This document shows, in pieces, positions 1 to 8,399 of a stretch of 36,051 nt of DNA; positions within the stretch are counted from its first letter, which is position 1, and every line of letters begins with the position of its first letter. The notes under the pieces are model-generated. The model had not been told where the DNA came from and searched no databases. It was given only the letters and a program-made list of their open reading frames with translations. Source of the stretch: Candidatus Bipolaricaulia bacterium. Its GTDB lineage: Bacteria; Bipolaricaulota; Bipolaricaulia; JBHIAT01. The position numbers and the translations under genes were made by a program. The stretch covers positions 1-36,051 of the forward strand of contig JBHIAT010000013.1 of the NCBI GenBank assembly GCA_046758705.1, written 5' to 3'.

Positions 1-118
1 AGAGACGTACCTAAATTAAGGTAACGCGCTCTGTGCCTATTCTACAGTAAGGCGCACTTTTGGGGAAATTGTGGGAGCTAAAAACACCCTCAAATCACGT
101 TCCCATGGGAAAAACTCA

Positions 119-166
119 AGCTCAGTGGGAGAGCGCTTGCTTGACGTGCAAGAGGTCGTCGGTTCG
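119..166 (+). pseudogene. Internal fragment of tRNA-Val(GAC): D arm, anticodon arm, variable loop and 5' half of T arm
   Basis: AGCTCAGTGGGAGAGC (D arm), G, CTTGC-TTGACGT-GCAAG (anticodon stem-loop, GAC at 143-145), AGGTC, GTCGG-TTCG. Neither acceptor strand nor the 3' T-stem strand (CCGAC) is adjacent. Confidence 0.85.
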
Positions 167-211
167 TTGTGATCAGCCTGCTCTCTCCCTCTCGGAGGGG
201 TTGCATAGGGT

Positions 212-237
212 GACCCACCTGGGGTCGTCTTTTCTTA
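212..237 (+). terminator. Possible intrinsic terminator
   Basis: GACCC-ACCTG-GGGTC stem-loop followed by GTCTTTTCTTA; stem is short. Confidence 0.3.
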
Positions 238-335
238 TATCGAACGATAGAGACAACGGCCCTGATGAGATGAAAACCCCCTCCGTCTACATATGGAGAT
301 GGAGGGGATGGTAATGACCATCCACATCCGCAAGC

Positions 336-431
336 TTCCCTTATGAACTTTAAGAATTAAATTGGGTAACGAAATACCCGACCGGTGTGCCTTCTTGTTA
401 CCCGATTGTTTTCTTAATCTCCATTAGGGAA
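336..431. mobile_element. 96-bp element with 35-bp imperfect terminal inverted repeats (MITE- or IS-end-like)
   Basis: 336-370 TTCCCTTATGAACTTTAAGAATTAAATTGGGTAAC versus reverse complement of 397-431 TTCCCTAATGGAGATTAAGAAAACAATCGGGTAAC: 27/35 identical by hand alignment. Confidence 0.55.
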
Positions 432-461
432 TGCCCTCGGTTGAGTTGAACGTTGAAACGG

Positions 462-722
462 TCACTCGACATCTAAGGGGATGTCATGCTCCTGGGCGAA
501 CTCTCGCAGGCTTCGGGTCCGCCCTTCGTGATACTCCTTCTCCGCATGGAGAGCCAAGGCGTCAAACGGGTTCTCCGGCCTCGCGTAGCACAAAACTTTC
601 CCCTCTCGCTGGAGAAAGAACGTGTCCCCCAGCTTGATGTCTAGGTCCTCCCGGATCATCTTGGGGATCATCAAGCGCCCCTTCTGGTCTACCCGCACAG
701 ACACGATCTGGCTTCGGCTCAT
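462..722 (-). CDS. AbrB/MazE/SpoVT-family DNA-binding protein (probable antitoxin), 86 aa
   Basis: MSRSQIVSVRVDQKGRLMIPKMIREDLDIKLGDTFFL matches the swapped-hairpin signature (VDxKGRxxIPxxIRxxLxIxxGD). The 5' extension in the ORF track (to 974) is antisense to the TnpB fragment. Confidence 0.8.
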   Translation of the reverse strand: MSRSQIVSVRVDQKGRLMIPKMIREDLDIKLGDTFFLQREGKVLCYARPENPFDALALHAEKEYHEGRTRSLREFAQEHDIPLDVE

Positions 723-917
723 TTGCCGGCCATCAAGCGCGACCTGGTCGAAGCCAACGATGTGATTGCGTTTGAAGCGTTGCATATCAACGGCATGGTC
801 CGCAATCGGTATTTGGCCGAGAGTATCTGCGATGCAGGCTGGGGGAAGTTTCTGCAGATGCTGGTTTACAAAGCGGAGGAGGCTGGTAGACTGGCCGTTG
901 CAGTAAAGCCCCGCGGC
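723..917 (+). pseudogene. tnpB: Fragment of IS200/IS605-family TnpB (RuvC-II region)
   Basis: [56 protein letters not shown] is the typical TnpB pattern (ExL-I-GM-N-LA-SI-DAGW-F-L-YKA-AG). The N-terminus, TS motif, zinc finger and RuvC-III are missing. Confidence 0.85.
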
Positions 918-939
918 CCGAAATATCCTCCAGTGGGGC

Positions 940-1107
940 ATCGCCGAGTTCGCGTTCACGTACACCCGCAACACGAGGCGTCACAAGGTCACCGCCGTCC
1001 ACAAGGCGAACATCATGAAGCGGAGTGACGGCCTGTTCCTCGACTGTACTCGCCAAGTCGCCGACCGGTATCGGGAGATCGCTTATGAGGAACTGATCAT
1101 CGACAAC
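940..1107 (+). pseudogene. Internal fragment of an isocitrate/isopropylmalate dehydrogenase-family gene
   Basis: In-frame translation [56 protein letters not shown] contains the family motif [16 protein letters not shown] and IIDN. There is no flanking coding sequence of the same family. Confidence 0.88.
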
Positions 1108-1161
1108 GAGGATTTGGGTTATCGACTTCCCTCTCCCTGCTTCGCAAAGACAACCGCCCGT

Positions 1162-2457
1162 TCAGTTCGGGAACCTGACTCGGGTCGAGATGCCGATGCT
1201 CGCTACCAGGAAGAGCGAAGCCAAGAGGAAGGTAGCCAGGTAACTGAATTCGGCAAGATATCCACCAATCAACGCACCCAAGATCCCGCCGATCCCGGCA
1301 AGCGCGTTGTACGTTCCGATCGCTTGACCGCGCAGCCCCTCTCCGGAAAGCTTCGAGACGATCGCCACCCCACTCACCCCGATGAACGCCCAACTCGCGC
1401 CGCTGACGGCGAACAAGACGGCGATGAACGCCAGGACGAGGAGATGATGGTCGGTCAGGGCCAACGAGAGGAACGCAAGCGGGAAGATGGTGACACGGAC
1501 CCAGAGGGTAGTACGCTGGAGCCTGCGGTTTCCAAATCGCTCCGCCAGTTTGCCAGCCCACCTATAGAGGGACGCTTTCGCTCCGGCATTGATGATGTAA
1601 AGCAGGTAGATCTCCGAGTTGCTCAACCCCAAGACCTGCTTCAGAAAGATCGGGAACGGGACGAGGAAGATCATGAACCCGGTAAAGAACAGGACGGCGG
1701 TTTGGTAGTAGGTCGTCAGTTCCTTGCCAAACCTCCTGGGGTGGATCACCTCGAGCAATCGCCTCGGTCTGGCCAGGTGATACATGCGCAGTGGCGCATA
1801 CTTGAGCCCTTCCACAATCGCATTCCCCCCGGTGATCGACAGGCTGCGGAACCGACGTCTCTTGACGTGTTGCCGGCTTTCCGGAACCCAGACCTTGGCC
1901 AATAGAGCACTTACCAATGTCATGAAGGCGATCAGATAGAAAAGCGCACGCATCATCGTCGCAGTCGAATCCCCATCTTCAGCAAGTTGCATCCACAAAA
2001 CCCCCAGGGCCAGCCCGGCCACCCAGCCGCTTCCGCCATAGGTACTGAACCTTCCGATGCGCAATTCCCAGCGGCTTTGATCAAACCTCTCGATAACCAA
2101 CAGCGTCGAAACCGATGCGCTCGCCATCCAGGCGAAGTTCATCAGCGCGCTGAGCAGGACGAACTGGAGAAGGTTTGCCGAAAATCCCATCAACAGAAAG
2201 GCGATCGCCACACCGGTAAATCCAACGATCATGAAGATCTTACGGCGTTTGAGTCGATCGGAGAGCCGACCCCACAGGATGCCGGCCGGCACACCTGCCA
2301 GACTCGCAGCGCTCGAGATCAGGCCGACCTGCCCCACCGACGCACTCAAGACGACCGCCGCATAGAGGGGGATGAGCAGTGACGCCGTCCCGAAGGTCGC
2401 GTTGGCGAGTGCAAATGCATGAAACCATCTTTCGCGTCGATCGGTTAATAATCGCAT
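1162..2457 (-). CDS. MFS transporter
   Basis: About 12 hydrophobic segments; motif A-like [11 protein letters not shown] and [19 protein letters not shown] upstream. Confidence 0.92.
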   Translation of the reverse strand: MRLLTDRRERWFHAFALANATFGTASLLIPLYAAVVLSASVGQVGLISSAASLAGVPAGILWGRLSDRLKRRKIFMIVGFTGVAIAFLLMGFSANLLQFVLLSALMNFAWMASASVSTLLVIERFDQSRWELRIGRFSTYGGSGWVAGLALGVLWMQLAEDGDSTATMMRALFYLIAFMTLVSALLAKVWVPESRQHVKRRRFRSLSITGGNAIVEGLKYAPLRMYHLARPRRLLEVIHPRRFGKELTTYYQTAVLFFTGFMIFLVPFPIFLKQVLGLSNSEIYLLYIINAGAKASLYRWAGKLAERFGNRRLQRTTLWVRVTIFPLAFLSLALTDHHLLVLAFIAVLFAVSGASWAFIGVSGVAIVSKLSGEGLRGQAIGTYNALAGIGGILGALIGGYLAEFSYLATFLLASLFLVASIGISTRVRFPN

Positions 2458-2497
2458 GTAAAGCTGTCTCCTGATGATGACATCATGACTCTAGGCG

Positions 2498-2545
2498 AAT
2501 ATTTGAGTATGCACATATATTGATATCCAATTATACACATATTAT
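2498..2545. promoter_or_regulatory. Putative ArsR/SmtB-type operator region between the divergent MFS and arsR genes
   Basis: AT-rich imperfect dyad ATATTTGAGT-ATGCACATAT with tandem half-sites TATGCACATAT and TATACACATAT. Confidence 0.45.
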
Positions 2546-2625
2546 AATTGAGAGTGCATCGGTTTTCAAGTGGTTGACGGAGAGATCTTTCGCCCTTATG
2601 ATCATGATGGTGAAAGGAAGTCAGC

Positions 2626-2910
2626 ATGGATGAGATTTATACCTACTTCTTCAAGAGTCTTGCCCATCGTTCCCGACTGAAGCTGCTCAAACTGCTTGCT
2701 GACAATGAGGAGATGTCGGTCACCGATCTCACCCAGCTGATGGACATCGAGCAATCCTCGGTATCGAGGCATTTGAATATATTGAGGCGACAGGGGATTG
2801 TTAAGGTACGTGTAGACGGCCAAATGAGATATTATTCTCTTAATCTGGATAAAATAAGAGAAATCCTCGATAAATTTATCAAATCTCTAAAAACTGCTTG
2901 GCAAAGGTGA
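2626..2910 (+). CDS. ArsR/SmtB-family transcriptional regulator
   Basis: FKSLAHRSRLKLL...MSVTDL...QSSVSRHLNILRRQGIV...GQMRYYSL winged-HTH signature. Confidence 0.93.
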   Translation: MDEIYTYFFKSLAHRSRLKLLKLLADNEEMSVTDLTQLMDIEQSSVSRHLNILRRQGIVKVRVDGQMRYYSLNLDKIREILDKFIKSLKTAWQR

Positions 2911-3079
2911 TCGACAGTTCACTCCGGGAACCTGATCGAGATCCCGACCCTTCCGAGTGAAGTAAAGTGATAGGATATGTGAAGCTGACACGGCAAGAAA
3001 CACGACAAAGCTGTAGCTGTTGATCTGGGTTTACGGTGTTGGCATTCTTGGAGCCCGCGAAGCAGGCCGGGGCTCAGGC

Positions 3080-3946
3080 TTAGGGGGTCACCTCCACGAA
3101 ATGGATCTGCCAGCCCGCCTCCCGGAGCGATGCGTACACAATCTCTAGACTGACCCCAAACTGACCCTCAACCAAGATCCAGCTTGGGTGGGTGTCCCGG
3201 AACCGGTCGTTGGTGACCTGCCTCACCTCTCCGGTCTCCACGCTGACCCGATAGATATCCGACTGCCCATTGCGGATCGATTCGAACGCGATCCATTGGC
3301 CGTTCGGACCCCACTGGGGATACCAGTCGATCCCTACGTTGTTGGTCAGCTGTTTGACCACATCCCCGGCAACGTTCGTCACAAAGATCTCCCAACTGTG
3401 GGTCGCGTCAGAATGGGCGGCATAGGCGATCCACTGGCCATCTGGGGACCAGCTGGGGTGGAGCTTGCGGCGTCGGTCGAAGGTCAGCTGGGTGATCTCT
3501 TCGCTCTCCACGTCGACGACGAACAGCCCCGGTCCCCTAGATCGGAATGACTCGAAGACAATCCGCCGGCCATCTGGACTCCAGCTTGGATGCCAGTCGA
3601 TCACCCTGTTGCGGGTGAGCCGTCGCACGCCTGTGCCGTCGGCGTTCATGACGTAGATCTCGAAGTTGCCATCCCGGGCGGAGTAGAAGGCGACCTGGCT
3701 GCCATCGGGGCTCCGGGCGGGTTCCATATCGGTGGTCGTGTTATCGGTGAGCTTGGCGAGGAGGTTGCCGGAGAGATCCATGATATAGATCTCTGAGTCA
3801 TTGTCGCGGTTGGAGACGAACACGATCTGGTTCGCAAAGAAGTTCCAGTTCGGGTGCCAGTCGGTCGGCACCTGGGCGAAGCCGAAGCTCGTTGCTCCAA
3901 TAACCAACGACAAAACAATCGCCAACACCATTAGAACACGATTCAT
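3080..3946 (-). CDS. Secreted TolB-like beta-propeller protein (PD40 repeats)
   Basis: Signal peptide ending GFA-Q; repeated P-W/R-SPDG--I-F-S-R-G--EIY motifs; AAGGAGGAG RBS. Confidence 0.9.
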   Translation of the reverse strand: MNRVLMVLAIVLSLVIGATSFGFAQVPTDWHPNWNFFANQIVFVSNRDNDSEIYIMDLSGNLLAKLTDNTTTDMEPARSPDGSQVAFYSARDGNFEIYVMNADGTGVRRLTRNRVIDWHPSWSPDGRRIVFESFRSRGPGLFVVDVESEEITQLTFDRRRKLHPSWSPDGQWIAYAAHSDATHSWEIFVTNVAGDVVKQLTNNVGIDWYPQWGPNGQWIAFESIRNGQSDIYRVSVETGEVRQVTNDRFRDTHPSWILVEGQFGVSLEIVYASLREAGWQIHFVEVTP

Positions 3947-3977
3947 TAGACTCCTCCTTTAAAAATTTTTCGGTTGT

Positions 3978-4006
3978 ATTATAACGCTCCAATCCGACCT
4001 TGGCAA
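3978..4006 (-). promoter_or_regulatory. sigma70-type promoter for the TolB-like gene
   Basis: TTGCCA-17 bp-TATAAT on the minus strand. Confidence 0.75.
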
Positions 4007-4116
4007 ATCATCCGATCGCGGTGAAACAAATGGCGTTGCGTCGCTCACCCATTGAAAGACGATCATGATCCAACATCCTATCCTGTCCTGAACCGCTGGA
4101 CCTAACCGGCCCCCCA

Positions 4117-4145
4117 TTGACAATCCCACCCCGTTCTGATAAAAT
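4117..4145 (+). promoter_or_regulatory. sigma70-type promoter for the nucleotidyltransferase operon
   Basis: TTGACA (4117-4122), 17 bp, TAAAAT (4140-4145), with an extended -10 TG. Confidence 0.75.
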
Positions 4146-4275
4146 GATGAGGAAAAAACCTCTATATTGTTTTTGCCCCCATTTTTAGTTTTTAGACCCG
4201 GTAGGGGACACTTACCCGCATAAGCTTCGCTGTTTTTAACGTAGCCATGGGAAAGAGAAGGGGAGGTGAGCAAGG

Positions 4276-4983
4276 ATGGACTTCGTGATCCTAGCCGCGG
4301 GGGACGGGACGAGGATGCACGGGAAGTCACCTAAGCCGTTAATCAAGCTGTCAGGCCAGCCGATCTTGAAGCACGTCATCGACAGGCTGACTGAGGCGAA
4401 CCCGGATCGACTCATCGTCGTGACCGGATACCGACGCCAGCAGATCGACGCGTTCCTGTCTCAACAGCGAGGAGCGTACCCATTCGAGATCATCACGGTG
4501 ATCAACCGGGAGGTCGATCGGGAGAACGGTTACTCCCTCCTCCTAGTGGAATCGCTCATCCAGGACCGATTCCTGCTCGCCATGGCCGATCACCTGGTCG
4601 ACCCGAAGCTGTACTTAAAAGCCCGAGATCACCACGGTCTGGGCTTGTGTATCGATAGATCTCCAACCCTAACCCTGACCCCCGCTCAGATAGACGATGC
4701 AACCAAGGTCAGGGTTGAAGGGGAGCAGATCAAGGCGATCGGAAAGGCGCTGGAGTGTTGGAACGGGATTGACACCGGTGTTTTTTCCATGACACCGCAG
4801 GTGTTTGAGGCGTTAAACGCGTTGAAACACCAGCGGAAGATCGCGATCACAGATGCCGTCTCCACCTTGATTCGATGGGGGGAACCGTTCTGGGGTATCG
4901 ACGTATCGGGAACCTTCTGGGGAGATATCGATACCCCTGAAGATCTGGAATGGATCGAGAAGCAATACCCATCGCTGGAATGA
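4276..4983 (+). CDS. NTP transferase, inositol-1-phosphate/phosphocholine cytidylyltransferase (IPCT/LicC)-like
   Basis: ILAAGDGTRM...PKPL, ENGYSL, MADH, DATKV, DTGVF and WGDIDTPED motifs; GGAGGT RBS. Confidence 0.88.
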   Translation: MDFVILAAGDGTRMHGKSPKPLIKLSGQPILKHVIDRLTEANPDRLIVVTGYRRQQIDAFLSQQRGAYPFEIITVINREVDRENGYSLLLVESLIQDRFLLAMADHLVDPKLYLKARDHHGLGLCIDRSPTLTLTPAQIDDATKVRVEGEQIKAIGKALECWNGIDTGVFSMTPQVFEALNALKHQRKIAITDAVSTLIRWGEPFWGIDVSGTFWGDIDTPEDLEWIEKQYPSLE

Positions 4984-6230
4984 AGGTCGTCATCATTCAA
5001 TCCTCCTGGGAACGGATCTGCGGTGTCCCTCTGCTTGAACGCACGTTGAGGAGCCTGAAACAGATCGGGATCACCGCAGTGTTCCTCATGGGCTCTCAGC
5101 CCCTCCCCATCGAGAAGCTTGAGGGTTTAAGGGTCGAATATTTGAGTGCTCTGGACCCGGACGAAGATGGCCATTTTATCCTGATCAAAGGCGACCATCT
5201 CTTCGATCCCCGGATCATCGAGGCGATCTCTGAACAAACGAGACCCACGCTGCTTGTGGATGAAAGCTCAGGGCGGAGCCGGGTAGCCGTCGACGGAGAC
5301 CGGGTCATCGCGATCGGCAATCACACACAGCAAGCGGGGAGATATACCTGGATTGGGGTCGCCCTCCTGGATTGGGAGGCGTTCCATCCGCTTGTGGATG
5401 AGGACCCTCAAGATATCGAAGCGGCGTTAAACAGGTTGCTGAACCGCTCTGAGATCTACTGGAAATCCATCTCCGATCTCGACAGCTATATCCCCAAGTT
5501 GCGTCGGGATATCAAACCCTACTGGTTCGAGATCGCGACGAGCCGGGACCGACGGGAGGCAGAGTACCGGATCATCGATAGCGGGCAGAAGGATCCTTCG
5601 GACCTGCTGGCCCGTTATGTTCACAACCCGATAGAGAACTGGGTCGTCGCCCGACTGTCAAACTACCCGGTCACCCCGAACCAGGTAACGTTGGTGGTCA
5701 ACCTGATCGCCTATGCCGTCACCGGCCTGTTCGCGGCCGGGCAGTTGCTGATCGGCTCCGTGTTGACGTTTGTCGTCGGGCTGATGGACGGGTTCGATGG
5801 GAAGCTCGCCCGGGTCAAGGGGATGACGACCCGGGTCGGCGCAATGGAGCACGCCTTCGACCTGCTGTTCGAGTTCTCCTGGATCATCGCATTCGCCTAT
5901 TACCTCTCCCGGACCCGAGGCAGCACGCCGCTGATCCTGGCGTCGATCACCATCATCCTGATCGCCTTCTACCGGAACGTCTACGACCGATTCGGGCAGA
6001 GTGCAGGAAAGAGCCTGGATATGTATGGAAAGTTTGAAACGGTCTTCAGGAGAGTCGCTGGGAGAAGAAACCTCTACAACCTGCACATTCTCCTATTCGT
6101 CCTGCTTGACCTTCCTTTCTACGCGATCGTCTCGATATTCGTTCATGCGCTGGTGACGGCTCTGATCTATGCATATCGGGCTCTCGTTCATCTGCATCGG
6201 CTCGATCGGGGATCGGTGGACAGACAATAG
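4980..6230 (+). CDS. Fusion of a degenerate NTP-transferase domain and a CDP-alcohol phosphotransferase (DIPPS-like)
   Basis: ATGA overlap with the previous stop; TPNQVT and DGFDGKLAR...G..E...D CDP-alcohol motif with TM helices. The N-terminal domain (CGVPLLERTL, GDHLFDP) lacks the GxGxR loop. Confidence 0.85.
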   Translation: MKVVIIQSSWERICGVPLLERTLRSLKQIGITAVFLMGSQPLPIEKLEGLRVEYLSALDPDEDGHFILIKGDHLFDPRIIEAISEQTRPTLLVDESSGRSRVAVDGDRVIAIGNHTQQAGRYTWIGVALLDWEAFHPLVDEDPQDIEAALNRLLNRSEIYWKSISDLDSYIPKLRRDIKPYWFEIATSRDRREAEYRIIDSGQKDPSDLLARYVHNPIENWVVARLSNYPVTPNQVTLVVNLIAYAVTGLFAAGQLLIGSVLTFVVGLMDGFDGKLARVKGMTTRVGAMEHAFDLLFEFSWIIAFAYYLSRTRGSTPLILASITIILIAFYRNVYDRFGQSAGKSLDMYGKFETVFRRVAGRRNLYNLHILLFVLLDLPFYAIVSIFVHALVTALIYAYRALVHLHRLDRGSVDRQ

Positions 6231-6483
6231 TGGCTAAAAAATCCGGTCTTTGGGTATAATTCTTAAAGAATAGGAATTGGGTGTTATCCCTGAAAACGGG
6301 CACCCCATGAAGCCACCAAACAGACTGGTCAGCAGCTACAGGAGTCCCAGCCCTCAGAAATCAGCCTCTATGACCTGCACTTTTACTCCATCTTTTGCTC
6401 TGTCTTTTACTTCGTTTTTGTACTTTCGCTTACAGATATATCCCTTTGATTTCCGCGATGATACAAGTAGGAGGTGAGCCATC

Positions 6484-7425
6484 GTGGCAACAGCGTGGCC
6501 AGTGAATCGGATCGGCATCAATCTGCATGACAGACTGATCTCTGATCCGCGGCAGCTCAGTGATCTGCTCCATCGGCTCGCCCAGATTGGCTTCGATGTG
6601 GTCGAGCCCTCACCGCGCGCCCTCGGTGTCATTCGAGACGCGGACGGCGACCTCGATATCAAGGCGCTGCGCCGCATCTCCAAAGTGTTGGCACGCTACG
6701 ACCTCACTTACACCGTCCACGCCCCGTCCGCGCTCATCAATATCACCGATCCCGACGATGAACGCTCCAAGAACGCGCTGCGCAGCACGATCGACTTCTG
6801 TGAGATCGTCAATGCGGAAATCCTGGTTCTGCACACCGGTCGGGCCAAAGACCCTAACTCCGACTGCGTCAAACACCAGATCATTCGGGTACTGAGCGAT
6901 TTCGTCTATTACGCCTCCCGTCGAGGTATCCGCATCGGCCTGGAGAACGGTTGGAACTCCGATGAGCCACTGATCCACCTTGACGATCTCGCCGGGCTGG
7001 TGGCGCGGTTTAACTCCCCGCATCTGGGGATCACCCTCGATCTGGGTCATGCATTCCTGGCAGCTAATCGGCTCGGCTTCGACCTGCTTGCGGCGGTCAA
7101 TCGGATCCTGCCGTGGGTGATCCACCTCCATCTCGGTGACCACTACGGAATCCTCGACGAGGACGATCCCCGGTTCGGCGATCTCGGTCTTCCTCCGGGC
7201 CGCGGTGTGCTCCCGTATCGGCAAATCCTCAACCTCAACAGGATCGCAGGTAGGTATCAAGGGATCTACCTACTGGATATCAAGCCGGAGTGGTTCTCGG
7301 TTCTCGAACTTCGGTCCGCCTACCAGAACCTGATGGAGATGCTGCTTCACCAGAAGCGTGTCAACGTGGTGCTCGCCAGATACCTGGAAAGGTGGCTCAC
7401 CCGGCCGGTGCGACGAGGTCGATGA
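6484..7425 (+). CDS. Sugar phosphate isomerase/epimerase (xylose-isomerase-like TIM barrel, AP endonuclease 2 family)
   Basis: TVHAP, VLHTG, IGLEN, LDLGH, HLHLGD and LPPGRG motifs; GTG start after AGGAGGTG. Confidence 0.85.
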   Translation: MATAWPVNRIGINLHDRLISDPRQLSDLLHRLAQIGFDVVEPSPRALGVIRDADGDLDIKALRRISKVLARYDLTYTVHAPSALINITDPDDERSKNALRSTIDFCEIVNAEILVLHTGRAKDPNSDCVKHQIIRVLSDFVYYASRRGIRIGLENGWNSDEPLIHLDDLAGLVARFNSPHLGITLDLGHAFLAANRLGFDLLAAVNRILPWVIHLHLGDHYGILDEDDPRFGDLGLPPGRGVLPYRQILNLNRIAGRYQGIYLLDIKPEWFSVLELRSAYQNLMEMLLHQKRVNVVLARYLERWLTRPVRRGR

Positions 7426-7628
7426 CGGCCCCCATCCTATAGACCTATAGGTAGTCTTTATGACTTCCTCTTCTCCTGTGTGAGATCCTTCAAATACTCC
7501 TGTCTTGTTTCAGAACTTTTCATAGCGGATTCCCCTTTTGAGTTGTATACAGAAGTATCTCATTATCGGGTAGCGTAAAGACTGACTTTTTATCTTTGGA
7601 AGCCACCCGAGTCAGGAGCCATAGGAAC

Positions 7629-8265
7629 CTATAAGGTCTTAAGGAATTGCTTAATGTCATCAAATATTGGATTCTCCCACGCCCAGTAACCTGCATGTGA
7701 CGCTTGCCCTAACAGCAAACCGGGGGTAGGTCTGGATGCCAGAAATGCATGAACTTTCGCTTTCGGTAAGTTACCAGGCGAATCGCCAGTCTGATTCTGT
7801 ACACATTGAAAGTATTGGTCTATGCATGACATGATCGGATCGTTGCTGATAGTTTGCAAACACAGCGTTTCAAGCATTCCAGAATTGGAACAATCTGGTA
7901 GGATAAAGACAGAAACTTTAGGATTGCTACCGGCTACAACCATAGGTTGTTTTGGCACACTTAACCTTGCTCGGCCCAGGCTACCACACACAGACCGGAA
8001 AGCGGTGGTTGCGTCCTCTTCTGCATCTCGGACGATGCCGAGTGAAGTAACGTCATCAAATCCGGACGTGATGATCAGGGTTTCTAAGTAAGGCGCCAAA
8101 TCCCCCACACTACCGAAGTTTCGTATTTTCGATCTCAGTCAATAAATCCAGGTGGCGAAGCAAGGCCTTGAAGAATTCGAAGGCACTGCGCCCTTCAACA
8201 AGAAGCACTTTCGGATAGGTGATAGGAGATTTCGACTGTGGATATTGAAGATCGTCGGGAAGCAT
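7629..8265 (-). pseudogene. DUF3226-like (TOPRIM-related) protein with a frameshift
   Basis: MLPDD...KVLLVEGRSAFEFFKALL...TEIE, then one extra A in the run at 8126-8129; removing it gives IRNFGSVGDLAPYL...SLGIVRDAE...FILPD...GMLETLCL...KAKVHAFLA. Confidence 0.75.
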
Positions 8266-8399
8266 CAACGTGCCTCAAGATCTGTCGATATCACAATGGC
8301 AAGCTTTTTCTGGTCATAAGTTACAGCCCGGATATCGCCATTGATACGATCTAAGCGATGCAGACAGAAGTCATACTGCTCACTGGCTTCGAATGCCTG
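8265..8399 (-). pseudogene. C-terminal remnant of an AAA_21/AAA_15-type ATPase coupled to the DUF3226 gene
   Basis: QAFEASEQYDFCLHRLDRINGDIRAVTYDQKKLAIVISTDLEAR*, with TGATG overlap into DUF3226. Resembles the C-terminal tail of ATPases that precede DUF3226 genes; Walker motifs absent. Confidence 0.65.

Noticed and set aside
255-325. Hammerhead ribozyme suggested by CTGATGA...GAAA followed by a stem
   Set aside because: Only 3 nt separate CTGATGA and GAAA so there is no stem II, there is no properly placed NUH cleavage triplet, and no stem I partner.
231-356. SAM-I/SAM-IV riboswitch-like look (TTCTTAT...GGCCCTGATGA...AACC...TAAGAA)
   Set aside because: The core ATC-AGAG, GCAACC and GTGC elements are absent, the TAAGAA belongs to the inverted-repeat element, and no methionine-related gene follows.
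119-390. Intron-split tRNA-Val with the 3' exon at CCGAC (378-382)
   Set aside because: No acceptor-stem complementarity, the 5' acceptor strand is also missing, and no group I or II intron boundary motifs are visible.
1015-1905. 296-aa plus-strand ORF as a real gene
   Set aside because: Only the first ~31 codons belong to the dehydrogenase fragment; the rest is antisense shadow of the MFS gene.
3180-3830. Periodic repeats that might suggest a DNA repeat array or CRISPR
   Set aside because: They are protein-level PD40 propeller repeats. I saw no CRISPR array or cas gene in the window.
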